64,000 nt of DNA from Mytilus trossulus (lineage: Eukaryota): contig NC_086379.1 of assembly GCF_036588685.1 (NCBI RefSeq), positions 83,762,001 to 83,826,000 of the forward strand, written 5' to 3'. Made by a program: the position numbers and the translations under genes. Of the stretch, positions 1 through 12,941 are shown piece by piece (positions within the stretch are counted from its first letter, which is position 1; each line of letters starts with the position of its first letter). The notes beneath the pieces were generated by a model that was not told the origin of the DNA, searched no databases, and saw only the letters and a program-made list of their open reading frames with translations.

Positions 1-402
1 AAATATTAGAATATGCTGAAAAAAATACACTGGTTTCCAACCAATCGAAATCCGGTATTCTTATATAAGGTGTAATTATGGAGAGAAAAAAATCATTTTT
101 TAACTGAGTTTTACTTCATGTTTGAAAACAAGTGCATGGACACTACTTTCTAAAATATGACATTTGGCTTGATTTGTTTATAAGATTGGTACAAATTATA
201 GATGAGATGTCATACATAAGTATGACATCTATTTGTACCAATCTTATAAACAAATCACAGCTGAATTAATTTCACAGAAATAAATGCCTTTTTATGCCCC
301 ACCTACGATAGTACTGTAGAGGGGCATTAAGTTTTTTATGCCCTTCCTACAATAGTAGAGGGGCATTATGTTTTCTGGTCTGTGCGTCCATTCTTCCACC
401 TG

Positions 403-2013
403 TTCATTATACCCCAAGCAGGAGTTACGCCCCTTTGAACTTATTTCCTTCAATGTGCTACTGCAACAGTTTGTCCTCACAACTCCTCTAAAACCACACA
501 ACAGAATTTCATGAAACCTTTTTAGATAATAAGGACATACTATCTAGATGTGCATATTGACAGGAAATTACGATTCAATTTTTTTCTACCAGTTATGCCC
601 CTTTAAACTTGTTTACTTCAATGTACTACTGCAAAAGTTTGTCAATCTTCTGACATCAGACTCAGACTTCTCTTGAATTGAATTTTAAATGTGCGTATTG
701 TTATGCATTTACTTTTCTACATTGGCTAGAGGTATAGGGGGAGGGTTGAGATCTCATAAACATGTTTAACCCTGCCGCATTTTTGCGCCTGTCCCAAGTC
801 AGGAGCCTCTGGCCTTTGTTAGTCTTGTATTTTTTATTTTAGTTTCTTGTGTACAATTTGGAAATAAGTATGGCGTTCGTTATCACTGAACTAGTATGTA
901 TTTGTTTAGGAGCCAGCTGAAGGACGTCTGGGTGCGTGAATTTCTCGCTTCATTGAAGACCTGTTGGTGGGTGACCTTCTGCTGTTGTTTTTAATATGGT
1001 CGGGTTGTTGTTTCTTTGGCACATTCCCCATTTCCATTCTCAATTTTATACTATGTAGATGTGCATATCGACAGGAAATTACAATTCAATTTATTTTTTA
1101 GGAGTTATGCCTCTTTGAACTTATTTGCTTTAAGGCACTACTTCAACAGTTTGTCATCTCGACTCCTCTGAAACCACACATCATCCAATGAAATTTTGTA
1201 GATAATAAGTATATACTATGTAGAGGTGCATATTGGCAGGAAATTATTATTCAATATTTTTTCCTATACAATTTTTGTTTCTTACACTTATTTGGGTGCA
1301 ATCAACATTTTTTTTACGTGACGTCATTCTGTAACAGGGCATGTAATAGTGGACCCATCATGCAGAAGTCAGATATTTATAGTTATATAGATATCTATAC
1401 ATCAATGGAAAGATAATTCTATGAATTTTCTGAATAAATAAAAAAAAAATCCAACATCTCTTGTTTAAACATGCAAATTGGTACAAGTTATCAGCTGGAA
1501 ATTAGGCATTTTCCCCCTAAAAAACCTTAAAAACAGACCACCTTTGGACACACAGATCAGTAACCTGTGCATATATTTGAGATTTCTTATAATATGCATT
1601 TCGAAGAGCTTGTCCGGCTGATTTAAGAAAATGTAGTTTCAGCCTACGTTTGCCTGCTCCGAAAGTAGCTATCTTCCCTAACAAATCAAAGTGCTTTTTG
1701 CAACAGGTGAAAATCAGCTGTTTATGGAGTTGCCTCCCATATAGTAGGAAGTCACAAAAACATTTTTTTTTTTTAAATCTTGACAAAAGTGGCATTTTAA
1801 TTGAACTTCAATATATGTTTTTCACAATGAACATAAAAAAACAATCAAATTTTTCATTTAGTGGTATATAAATAGCAGGGAATTCCATCAGTATGTAAAT
1901 CTCACTGGGGAAATACCCCTAGTTTTTAGTACGAAACTGTTTATAGCCCCCTTTAATTTCTCCAATGACAATGTGGGGTCGTGGGGTATGTGAGCGTGCT
2001 CACTAAGGTTCTT
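403..2013 (+). mobile_element. Nested HINE-like element with internal ~160-bp tandem repeats
   Basis: Repeats GGAGTTATGCCCCTTTGAACTT...ACAGGAAATTACGATTCAATT at about 421, 590 and 1101. The 3' end carries GGGGTAT plus the hairpin GTGAGCGTGCTCAC (1990-2003). Confidence 0.6.
644..1048 (+). mobile_element. Nin-domain-type SINE
   Basis: Core GGGAGGGTTGAGATCTC...AAACATGTTTAACCC...TGTCCCAAGTCAGGAGCC, shared with other copies in the window. Confidence 0.7.
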
Positions 2014-2049
2014 TAATTCGTCCATTCGTTTGTCCGTCTGACTGTCCCG

Positions 2050-3859
2050 CTTTAGGTGTCATACCACCAATTAAAAGTCCCTATCTGTTCAACCAAATTT
2101 TACAATTTTCCCAGCTTTCTCAATATTTTACCTTAAGTTTAACTTCAAAGAAACCAGGTATATCCTGAATCGTACATGTATCAGCTTTCTACATGCCAAT
2201 TTTCAACAGGTGTTTGAAATCATATAAAAAAGAAAAGGTCTTCGGAATAGAGGTACCACTGAAAATAACCCCTGGTTTTCTGGAAATCTTAAATTAGTAT
2301 ACTATGGAGTGCATTAATCCACAATTTTGAATGCAAACTCATAAACATGTAAATTTTAGCTCAAAATGGTCTTAATATATTTCTCTTTCACCAAAAGTTT
2401 CATTTCTGCCAATTTGTTGGTTAGATTAAGTAAACAATGACATCAAATGCACTATTTTTTGCCCGAGTAGGCCTACTTTCACATACGTTCTAAATCTGAG
2501 GGAGTAATTGGTGGTATGACACCTAAAGAGACAAAAAAGTTGGTTAGAAATCTTTTATTTTGCTTTATTCTTAATCCTTAGTCAATTTGTAGTTAAAAAC
2601 AGCTTATCTGAGCATTATGCGACTTATATTAAAAATTTCACAGCTCAATTTAAACTGACTGTAATGTATGACTTTGATAGAAAATACTTGAAAATTTCAT
2701 TTTGGGCTACAGGAACATAAACTTTCAATATCAAAATCAGTTTTTGTTGATTTTTCCTTGTTTGTTCTACTTCTTTAAAGACTTTCCACAATTTTTGCAA
2801 TGAATTTAGTAAATAATCCAAGGTATTGAAGTGTCAATGAATATTGACCCCCCTTTTTTTCATCTGGTGTCAGTAAAGTATTACAAATTGATCACAAATG
2901 CAGTCATGATCATTTAACTGTGTTTATTTACATCAGTTAATAAAATTTAAGATATCAAAATTTTATTTGGAATAATAAATGGTACTTTTGTGAGTTTCTG
3001 CAGTGTTTACATTAGGCTATGATATCTGCCAAGTACATAGTATATGACGCAATGATATAAGGGGTAAAAATCAAATAATTTCATTAAATCTGCAAGACAA
3101 AATTTGTTTGGGGGTAGTAAACAACCTATGTTTCAATGTTTAACACCACAGAATAACTTTCTGTGCATTTATAACATTATTTAGGACATTTTTTATATAA
3201 AAGCATATTGTCAGGATGGGAAAAGCTAAAAATAGCACAAACTCAATTTTTAGGCTCTAAATTTGCAAGATGTGACATTTTGCCCTCAAAAAGATTGAAA
3301 TGTGGCTACTATTATCTCAAATGATCAGTTAAGACAAGAAAAAACAATTGTTTTCAGATTTTGATGTTTCACCGCATTTTGCGGTGTCATACCACCAATT
3401 AAAAGTCCCTATCTGTTCAACCAAATTTTACAATTTTCCCAGCTTTCTAAATATGTTACCTTAAGATAAACTTCAAAGAAACCAGGTATATCCTGAATCG
3501 TACATGTATCAGCTTTATACATGCCAATTTTCAACAGGTGTTTAAAATCATATAAAAAAGAAAAGGTCTTCCGAATAGAGGTACCACTGAAAATAACCCC
3601 TGGTGTTCTAGAAATCTTAAAATAGTATACTATGGAGTGCATTAATCCACAATTTTGAATGCAAACTCATAAACATGTAAATTTTAGCTCAAAATGGTCT
3701 CAATATATTTCTCTTTCACCAAAAGTTTCATTTCTGCCAATTTGTTGGTTAGTTTAAGTAAACAATGACACCAAATGCACTATTTTTTGTCCGAGGAGTA
3801 GGCCTACTTTCACATACGTTCTAAGTTTGAGGGAGTAATTGGTGGTATGACACCTAAAG
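2050..3859. mobile_element. Non-autonomous TIR element: two direct copies of a ~478-bp unit (2050-2528, 3383-3859) around an ~855-bp spacer; third unit copy at 9598-10065
   Basis: TIR CTTTAGGTGTCATACCACCAATTA / TAATTGGTGGTATGACACCTAAAG. The block interrupts a host repeat that reads GCTTCAGGTTAAAG when intact (15601, 26450). The TTTA-GG...CC-TAAA ends are Kolobok-like (tentative). Confidence 0.75.
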
Positions 3860-3942
3860 GTTAAAGTTTTTAGTCAAGGTAGTTTTTGATGAAGTTGAAG
3901 TCCAATCAACTTCAAACTTAGTATAAATGTTCCCTGTGATAT
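2985..3942 (+). repeat. Left copy of ~950-bp direct duplication flanking the LINE
   Basis: CTTTTGTGAGTTTCTGCAG...CCCTGTGATAT is repeated at 9214-10148. The copies differ by a 20-bp indel, a 3-bp indel and a few substitutions. Confidence 0.95.
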
Positions 3943-4207
3943 ATATATATATATATCTTTATTTCCTCCAATAATGAAGAGCATTAGTTAGATCGATAGT
4001 TGAAGCAAAGTTGGAAGATAAGACAGTATATGTACATACAATATATCAAAATTAACCTTTACACAAATATATAAATGTGAAGAATGCGTAACAAGAGAAT
4101 AAAATTACATGTTTATCAGCCTAAGAAAGTAGCAATTAATGTTCACACAGTAGAATCTTTAACATAACTAATTGTCTAATATGTAGAAATTGTTCTTTTC
4201 ATCTAAT

Positions 4208-7200
4208 TCAAGTCGCACACATCCAGTATATGTTTGTGATGCAGGTCTTTTGAAACTTAGTCCGTTCATCTTCGTTTAGATCGAAGTCTGTATGACACGA
4301 TAAGATGCTAAAAAGTCTTCGTCAGTTAAGCTATGTAGATAGGCACTGAATTCGATTGGACCTATATCTATCAAATCACACCAAAACTTGTCCCTTTTTG
4401 ACTGGAAATTTTCACAAGAAAGTACGATGTGAATAGTTATATCACCGAAAAACCTTCCGCACTTGTCACACAGAAATAACGGTTCTTCATATGGACGGGT
4501 TAAGGTACATAGATTGACAATAAAACGGCACTGTTCTATAAGTAATGGATGTTTTCGGCTAAAAGTCCAAGCAGGATGAAGACCTTTGGAAAGTGTATGT
4601 ATACGACTGAAGAATTTAAAATCTTTGTCTATTTGTGTCCTGAAACGCCACAACGATTCCTGGATTTCTTGGACGGCAACTTTAACTTTCTTCTTCCATT
4701 GAATGTAAGTTGGGAAATGACCTGTACTCAGGTAAGTATCAAAGTCTGACAATCCATAATTGATCAAAATTCTATGTATATCGGGAATAAATCCAAGTTG
4801 TTGTTTCACACAGTTATATTTAAATTACATAGCTCGAGTGAGAAATATCTGCTTTGGAAGCATTGAGTCTTTCATTAGGACTAACTTTCCAAGAAATAAT
4901 AATTTCCGTTCATCTATGTATGACTCGGCGGACTTCCATCCAATCAACGCATTTGCCATATCAGATCTAGTTTGCCGTGGTAGTCCCTGTATAGATTTAC
5001 ACACATATCGCTGTGCACGTTCTAATAGTAAAATCTCGGTGTTGGTAATTTCGGTCCACAATTCACATCCGAAAAAAGCTTTCGTGAAACATACCTGACG
5101 AACTATACGGTTACAAGTGTCAATACTGATAACAGAAGGATGTAAACCTGATTTGATTAACCCTAATGCTGAAGATCTTAATGTTCTGCAGGCTTGAAGT
5201 GTTCTGTCCATAGAATTAAGGTTACTGTTCAATAGGACTCCTACGTGTCTAGCGGAAATTTCCAATTGTATGCTGCTGTTGTACAGTAGAATATCCGTAT
5301 GTTGTTTTGATTTGGAAAAATTAAGTTGAATGCTTTTTAGTGGATTAAACTTAAATTTCCAATCCATGCTATAATTTTCGCATATTGTTACCATCGTTTG
5401 CATGTTACAACAGTTAGTACTGATCAAAGCGATATCATCTGCTTGAACGGGTGATGAAATATGAATGTCCGTTACGAGTATGCCACGTCTACAGCCATAG
5501 TTTTCCAGTTACTCCATATTCAAGCAGTTTGTACAACAATCCGTTGTGCCAAACCGTGTCAAATGCCTTTGTTGAATCAAGTAAAACAACTATAACTTTT
5601 CCAAGTCTTTCAATATGGTGATAAACGGATTCATGGATATTGAATGATGTATGTAAACACGATAGACACTGCTGATATGCCGTTTGCTGTGGGTTTGGAA
5701 AACATTTGTTGTCTTTCTTCAATTCAAGTTTTAAATCAATGATTTTATCAAACACTTTTCCAATACACGGTGCTAAACTTATTCCTCGATATGAGTTTGG
5801 ATCACTTTTACATTTGTTTTCTCCTTTAAATAAAGGGACAATCAAACTTGATTTCCAAGATTTTGGAGAATAAAAGTTGTAACAAACTAAGTTGAAAAGT
5901 TTTGTCATGTGATTTCTCAAAATATTTCCACCGTATTTCAGATGTTCATATTCGATGTTATCCAATCCAGACGCTTTATTATTTTTAGGCACTTCAATAC
6001 CTTTTCCACTTCGTTAACTGTAATATGTAGCTTAGTATTATCATAAAATATTCCTCTGAAATCTTTGTGAGCAACCTCAACAGTCTTGGTTATAGCCCGT
6101 TCCTTGTCACTAACCGGTTCTGATTCGGTATTTTGTTTGAAGATTGACTCGAAGTGATCTGCCCATCCATCTAAGATATCATCCTGAGTCGAACATTGTC
6201 TTCCATTTACAATTAGTTTTGATAAGCAGCTTTTAGACTTTTTATTTTTGTTCAGAAATGACCAGAGACGTTTTTGATCTATATCGAAATCCTTTTCGAG
6301 TGAATTATATGTTTCTTGCATATGCGTTTGATATGCATTTCGTAATTCCCGTCGAAAATTTCGTTTGGCTGATTTGTATTCTTGAAATATGACGTGTTCA
6401 CCTCTTGGCCTATTACAAGAAATCCATTGTTGGCGTTTTGAAGCCATATTTTCATGCAGCGCTTTTACGTGATGAGTCCAGTATGGTTTAAGGTATTTTA
6501 CGAAAGTTTTGTGTGGTAAAGTTTCTGTTTCAGCTTGTTGTATTGCATCGACGATGTTCGAATAATAACACTCTATATCACAATTGGGACATCCTAAACT
6601 CGGTATCTCCACTCCCCAAAGATGCTGTGAAGTTGCAAAAGAGAAGTCTTCCAAATTGTTCTTTTCTCGAGCCTTATTCCATGATACCTTAGATTGTTTT
6701 ATTATTGTTTCCGTGTCTGCAATTACTGTATTGTCTAATTTTAGCTTGGCTATAATTGGATGATGATCCGAAACATTAAACGAATGGTCGTCTAATACTC
6801 TTGCCGAATCAATCAGACTGATATTATCCTTTGATATCAAAATATGGTCTATAGCAGTAGATGGACCACTTTCATACGACTGAAATGTAAATGTACTGCC
6901 TTCCCCAAAGGATTGTAAATGTAAGGAAACAAGACGCAATTCGTCCAAAAATTTCGCAAATGTTACTGATCGTTTATCTTTAACGGAATTAAATGATCTC
7001 GGTCCATTTACTTTGGCGTTTATATCGCCAAGAATGATGACCGTACCTAGCTGAGAGTATATCATGTATATGTCGTACAGTCGCTCAACGTAAATTCTAA
7101 AATGTTCGAATGGCTTTGACGATGCAGGTAAGTATACGCAGAAACAATATATATTCTCTGAGTGAATGGTGTGAATTTCTATTCCTGTTATGCGTGTGTC

Positions 7201-7568
7201 CTCTATATCAATACTTTCAACATATTTGACAATTGAAGATTTAACAATAAAAGTCACACCACCTTCCATGCGAATTGTAAACGCTTCAGGGTAGTCATCA
7301 TCAACACATTTTGGATTTACTGATGAATAAGTCGAATCAATACTTTCGAGTACATTTACACAGTGTCTACGCAACCAATGTTCCTGTAAAGCACATATAT
7401 CAACATTGTGGTTTTTCAAGCACTCCACTAAATATGGGACACTTGACATAATCCCTCTACAATTCCATGACATAAATGTTAGTTTGCTGGACATGTTCAT
7501 TAAAGTGTTACATAAGATATATACAATTACTAGATATGTTAATTTGTTAATTGCCATATTTTCCATTC
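4208..7568 (-). pseudogene. LINE ORF2 (APE endonuclease, reverse transcriptase, CCHC-like C-terminus), disrupted
   Basis: APE motifs SWNCRG, LQEHWL, GDINAK, IDHILIS, SDHHPI. RT motifs KASGLDNI, PLFKG, NSYRGISL, DSTKAFDTVWH, QADDIAL. C-terminal CDKC...HIVLSC. Lesions: frameshift at about 5940-5990; deletion plus stop at about 5489 (the QG-containing RT block between KLWL and QADD is missing); in-frame stop at 4825-4827; probable frameshift at about 4310. Confidence 0.9.
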
Positions 7569-9211
7569 TTATAACTGGTTCTTTCTTGTAGCTGACGACG
7601 GGATAACCAACGTTTGAAAAAAATGCCGTCTGGCCAAAAGTTAAAATCATACACTCTTTCTTTTTCTGAATGTCGAACATTTAGTTGAGCAGAGTTACTA
7701 TATAATCCTTTGGTGAAAAATCGAATATAGGTGAACTTGACATTATTTTCAAGTAGGAAGGCTCGCATGTCACTTTCGGTGCAGTCTTTCCTAATTCCGC
7801 CGACATACAAACGTTCGACTCGATTATCAGATACTCCTCTAAAATTGTTTAACGAAACCATGTTTTGATCACTCGATATAACAACTTCGATGTGTTCAGG
7901 TGCAGATTGATTCTGTGTTTGTTTTTCCCCATGATTTTCTATAGTCTTGGACATTTCAAATGAGCTGAATTCTAAAATACTACTATCATCAATAACTATG
8001 TCTCTATTTGTAGAATTATCAGTAATTATATCTTTTTCCCCTCTATACTGATGTTCAGTTGTTGACTTTCTTTGTTCTTTATCTGTAAGCTCTTCCATTT
8101 GAGATTTTGACAGACGTTTTGGACTCACGAACGAAATGAGATCAATGTCGCTGCCTGTACTTATTTTCGGTGACTTTGGATAGTTCTTTGTTTTTGTTTT
8201 TGTCTTCTTCATGTCACCACTTTTGTGTAAATCTAAGATACTTCTGTTGTTTACTGTGATATCTGATTTTACTGTGTCTATTTCGTCATTCAAATCATAT
8301 ATATCTTTTCTCACTAATTTTAAGTTAGCACGTAAGGCATCTACTCCGCTAAATTTCGAGTCTTCCAGCCTTGTTATCCTAGAATCTACAGACTTTTCGA
8401 ACATTTTCAACGCATTAATATCTTCTTTTACTGACTGTATCTTTGTTGAGTTATTTCCTGTTTCTGTTGCAAGAGAACTTATTACTGTGTCAATTTCTGA
8501 GATATCCTTTTTGACCTCAATCAAGTTTGGACTATTTTGCTTAGTCTGATGGTTTTCATCTGTAAGAGTTTTGATTTTGCATCTTATTTCGGCCATGAAT
8601 TCAACTAAAGCAGAGTCAGATTTGTCAATCGAATTTTGGAGTCGATATATTTTATCTGCTTGTGTCTTCACGACATCTTTTAACGTTTCGTTTTCTTTAA
8701 TAATATCGTGTATCCTTTTATCAATATTATCAATATCTTGTGCGTTTTCACCTTTCATCGTCATTATATCGCGATCCAACCGTGCTAAGCCTTCTTTGAG
8801 GAATAAGTCGTTGGAACTGTCTGTTCCTATATCTTGTCCGTTATCAGATGATCTACAGTTTTGTGATTGCCTTGGTCCTTGCGATTTTGGAATATTAATA
8901 GTTTCTAGCAATTCGTCGTTACAATTGTCATTCAATGCAACATACAAAATAAAGCAATCTTTGGCTAATTTTTGTAATAATGTGTCCCCATTTTTTGAAC
9001 GTGCTCCGTATCGCTTTTTCAAAGTTGCTGTCTTGTATGGAAAATTTTCCCGATCTCTAACTTCCGAAAAGAAACGCATTCGTATTTCTTCAAGTTTATG
9101 TGTATCACTACTAGTTGTTTGGATAAGTTTTGAAATGAAGGTTTCTTTTGGGCAGCCTCTGAAATTTTTATCGAAGTTATTGAGTATTGCATCTTGAGAT
9201 GATATATCCAT
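7547..9211 (-). CDS. LINE ORF1p-like protein (coiled coil plus C-terminal RRM-like domain)
   Basis: Open 554-aa frame with a long heptad-rich middle. The C-terminal RLYVGGI...SAQLNV...FWPDGIFFKRW is typical of LINE ORF1. It overlaps the start of ORF2. Confidence 0.8.
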   Translation of the reverse strand: MDISSQDAILNNFDKNFRGCPKETFISKLIQTTSSDTHKLEEIRMRFFSEVRDRENFPYKTATLKKRYGARSKNGDTLLQKLAKDCFILYVALNDNCNDELLETINIPKSQGPRQSQNCRSSDNGQDIGTDSSNDLFLKEGLARLDRDIMTMKGENAQDIDNIDKRIHDIIKENETLKDVVKTQADKIYRLQNSIDKSDSALVEFMAEIRCKIKTLTDENHQTKQNSPNLIEVKKDISEIDTVISSLATETGNNSTKIQSVKEDINALKMFEKSVDSRITRLEDSKFSGVDALRANLKLVRKDIYDLNDEIDTVKSDITVNNRSILDLHKSGDMKKTKTKTKNYPKSPKISTGSDIDLISFVSPKRLSKSQMEELTDKEQRKSTTEHQYRGEKDIITDNSTNRDIVIDDSSILEFSSFEMSKTIENHGEKQTQNQSAPEHIEVVISSDQNMVSLNNFRGVSDNRVERLYVGGIRKDCTESDMRAFLLENNVKFTYIRFFTKGLYSNSAQLNVRHSEKERVYDFNFWPDGIFFKRWLSRRQLQERTSYKNGKYGN

Positions 9212-9213
9212 AT

Positions 9214-10148
9214 CTTTTGTGAGTTTCTGCAGTGTTTACATTAGGCTATGATATCTGCCAAGTACATAGTATATGACGCAATGATATAAGGGGTAAAAAT
9301 CAAATAATTTCATTAAATCTGCAAGACAAAATTTGTTTGGGGGTAGTAAACAACCTATGTTTCAATGTTTAACACCACAGAATAACTTTCTGTGCATTTA
9401 TAACATTATTTAGGACATTTTTTATATAAAAGCATATTGTCAGGATGGGAAAAGCTAAAAATAGCACAAACTCAATTTTTAGGCTCTAAATTTGCAAGAT
9501 GTGACATTTTGCCCCAAAAAAGATTGAAATGTGGCTACTATTATCTCAAATGATCAGTTAAGACAAGAAAAAACAATTGTTTTCAGATTTTGATGTTATA
9601 CCACCAATTAAAAGTCCCTATCTGTTCAACCAAATTTTACAATTTTCCCAGCTTTCTAAATATGTTACCTTAAGTTTAACTTCAAAGAAACCAGGTATAT
9701 CCTGAATCCTACATGTATCAGCTTTATACATGCCAATTTTCAACAGGTGTTTAAAATCATATAAAAAAGAAAAGGTCTTCCGAATAGAGGTACCACTGAA
9801 AATAACCCCTGGTTTTCTGGAAATCTTAAATTAGTATACTATGGAGTGCATTAATCCACAATTTTGAATGCAAACTCATAAACATGTAAATTTTAGCTCA
9901 AAATGGTCTCAATATATTTCTCTTTCACCAAAAGTTTCATTTCTGCCAATTTGTTGGTTAGTTTAAGTAAACAATGACACCAAATGCACTATTTTTTGTC
10001 CGAGTAGGCCTACTTTCACATACGTTCTAAGTTTGAGGGAGTAATTGGTGGTATGACACCTAAAGGTTAAAGTTTTTAGTCAAGGTAGTTTTTGATGAAG
10101 TTGAAGTCCAATCAACTTCAAACTTAGTATAAATGTTCCCTGTGATAT
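9214..10148 (+). repeat. Right copy of ~950-bp direct duplication flanking the LINE
   Basis: Near-identical to 2985-3942. It then continues into the host element (GATCTTTCTAATT...). Confidence 0.95.
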
Positions 10149-10264
10149 GATCTTTCTAATTTAAATGCCAAATTAGAGTTTTTACCCCAATTTCACGGTC
10201 TACTGAACATAGAAAATGAAAGTGCGAATGGGGCATTTGTGTACTGGGGACACATTCTTGTTTT

Positions 10265-12941
10265 TAGGCAGTTAAGCTGCCTTATGCGAGCACCCTGGAT
10301 TTGTGTGCTACCCAATAAATGCTGAAATACATACCTTTGTTATCATCTAGCTGACTACTATATTATTTATAACTTATTAGGCCATTTTTTCATACTTTTC
10401 ATTCTTGATTTCAAAAAATATGACCAGAAAAACCTTAAATGATCGTCGATTTTCCCAAAAGTTTTGAAGTTGCACATAGGAAGTAGAGCACATTAGGAAT
10501 CCTTCTGTAGTTTATTATCCCCTGAGCTTTTGGCTAAGATGTCAAAGAACAAATGTATGAAATATTTAATTGCCGAAAATCTCTAAAGACAAGTAGTTAA
10601 GATTTCCCAAATTGCAAAAGTCGTAGGAATATTGTTTGTCATCTATACGTAGTCAACTACGTATATATACGTCAGTAGTTGGCGGCAATTTTGAATTAGA
10701 AGACGAAATTTTCGTATCTTTTCAATTTGGACGCAGGGGTTTAAATAAGCAGTGGTCCGAGGTCTGCGACCTTCCAATTTTGCAGTCAAACTTTCTTCTT
10801 GGTTACTAGCTAGGCCGACATGCTCGACGGACCTTGAAAGAAAATATGAAAAAACACTTTGCAATCATTTTTATCAAAGTTTCCTAATAAACAATCTCAA
10901 GCTTATTTTCATCATTACTATTCGTGACAGCGATGTTCAATTTGTTCAACCGCTAGCTTTATACAGAAAATCGCCGATAAATAATGTGTAAATCCGAGTA
11001 AAAACGTATCTCACTATCGAGACTCCACTATCTGTCAAGAGAGAACAACATTGGAAAAAAATGGCTGCCGCGAGATTACAATGTTGGATCCGATTCCGGA
11101 AGCGGATAAGGGTAATCCCGGGTTTTGGCTATAAAAAGCTTTAAAAATCCAGACAGGTGACAAAATACATCTATGCATGGTAAATAAATATAAACACTAG
11201 AATTGAAAACCAAAAGATATATGTAAAAGAAAGAAAAAGAAGAAAATATTTTGTACACCAATTTTAATGTCAAAATCCAATACAATGTGACAGCTGGGAA
11301 CAGTTTATCTAACAGCTTAATTTTTTTTTATCAGTGATAAATGTTGGTAATGCATGTTTAATGCTTTTCAAGTTAAACATACTACTGCTATTTCAAGGGG
11401 TATTTTTTTCTTCTCAATTTTGATAGGTCAGTTAAAATAGCTGGAAGTTTCTTATATTAAAAAAAAAGGTGTTGTATGATTGCCAATGAGACAACTATCC
11501 ACAAGAGACCAAAATGACCAAAATTTGGTAACGGTCAAGATCCCCACCCCTAAACCATATATATTCATGTATGGGAATCATATGAAATATAGGTGGAGTT
11601 CGTGGCGCCATTCTACCCCTTTCTGTTTGAGAATTTATATAGGGTGAGATCCACAATCTTATACAATATTTATTTATGTATGGGACAATATTACAAATCA
11701 AATGAATTATAAGGGGGTCCCTATGGTCACGGTACACCCTCCTGTTTGAGAACTTGGAAAATTTCGAGGTCATCACCCGTTAACCATATATACTCATGTA
11801 TAAGACTATATAACAAATCAAATGAAATATAGGGGAAGTCCTTGTGGTCACCCTACCCCTCATGTTTAAGAACTTTGAAACAGTTGGGATCCCCAACTCT
11901 AAATTAAAAGAAATATAGGGGGAGTCCCTGCAGTAACCTGATTGAAAAATTGGAAACAGTCGAAATCCCCACCTTTAAATTAAACCATATATATTCGTGT
12001 ATGAGAACTAATCAAATGAAATATAGAGAGAGTCCTTAGGGTCACCCTACCCACTCCTGTTTGATAACTTAGAAACAGATGAGATCCCCACCTCTCAACC
12101 ATATATATTCATATATTGGACAATATAACAAATCAAATGAAATATAGGGGAAATCACTGGGGTCCCCCACCCACTCCTGTTTGAAAACTTAGATAACGGT
12201 CGAGATACCCTACCCATAAACAATATATATTCATGTATTGGACAATATAAAAAATCAAATGAAAAATAGGGGTTTTGAGAACTTGTAAAAGATTGAGATA
12301 CCAACGCCTTAACCATATTCAGTCCTGTTTGTCATTTCAAAAGAGATTGAATGACATACAAGGTCAATCTCATAGGCGACACATATGCATATCACTTTGC
12401 TAGACCCTGACACCTGTCATTTTATTCCAAACTTGGACATGGGGTGAAGGTGGGAGTCATTTACATTTACTATGGACAGGTCAGTCAGACCACACCATTG
12501 ATCCCTGTAGTAGTAAACATTTGTCTCATAACTTTTGTACTGTACAACACAAACTCAGTTTTCCTTCCAGGGAAGCAAGTCCATTCATACTTTTACAAGC
12601 TCATACTAAAGTCAAATTGAACTACTAACAGTCAACTAATACGAACAATTACGATCAACTAGAAGAACTGCAATCATTGCAAATTTGTACCACTGCTGAC
12701 TCATGAATGACTCATGACCATTTGTGGTCATGTGCGTTGCTATTGAAAACCTTGATAAAATATAAATTATTTGCCTTAATGTTTAATTCATTAAATGAAC
12801 ATAAATGTACAATTATATATGAATGTTTGTTCTTTTAAATCTTTAACAAAAAGTTGGAGCAACATTGCCACAGTTTTCATAGTTATGTTTGCCTTGGTTT
12901 TTGGTTAACTGCCTGCAGTGGTGCTTACAGCGCTTTGATTT
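10265..12941 (+). mobile_element. Large HINE/Helentron-like non-autonomous element, copy 1
   Basis: Subterminal inverted repeat TAGGCAGTTAA...TTAACTGCCT, a 3' mini-hairpin (GTGCTTACAGCGC), ends in T runs and no TSD. Contains an internal degenerate ~115-bp tandem array (about 11525-12320). Homologous to 18374-21563. Confidence 0.8.

Larger units (their letters stand above)
3943..9213 (-). mobile_element. Non-LTR retrotransposon (two-ORF LINE; Proto2/RTE-X-like, clade tentative), 5'UTR-less and disabled
   Basis: ORF1 plus an APE-RT ORF2 on the minus strand. The 3' end reads GGAGGAAATAAAG(AT)n at about 3943-3968. The 5' junction is 2-3 nt upstream of the ORF1 ATG. Confidence 0.93.
333..10263 (+). 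mobile_element. Helentron-associated-type (HINE-like) short element split by multiple nested insertions
   Basis: The 5' end TTTTTATGCCC...TAGTAGAGGGGCATTATGTTTTCTGGTCTG is at 333. Middle pieces are at 2015-2050, 3860-3942 and 10066-10148. The 3' end GGGGCAT...GGACACATTCTTG is at about 10230-10260. Related copies are at 15590-15803 and 26348-27228. Confidence 0.7.

Noticed and set aside
2050-3859. A-spacer-A' as an LTR retroelement (units contain TGTCA...TGACA)
   Set aside because: No primer-binding site or polypurine tract next to the units. The flanks are inverted (TTAGG/CCTAA) rather than a direct 4-6 bp TSD.
8211-9197. Plus-strand 112- and 208-aa ORFs
   Set aside because: Antisense shadows of LINE ORF1.
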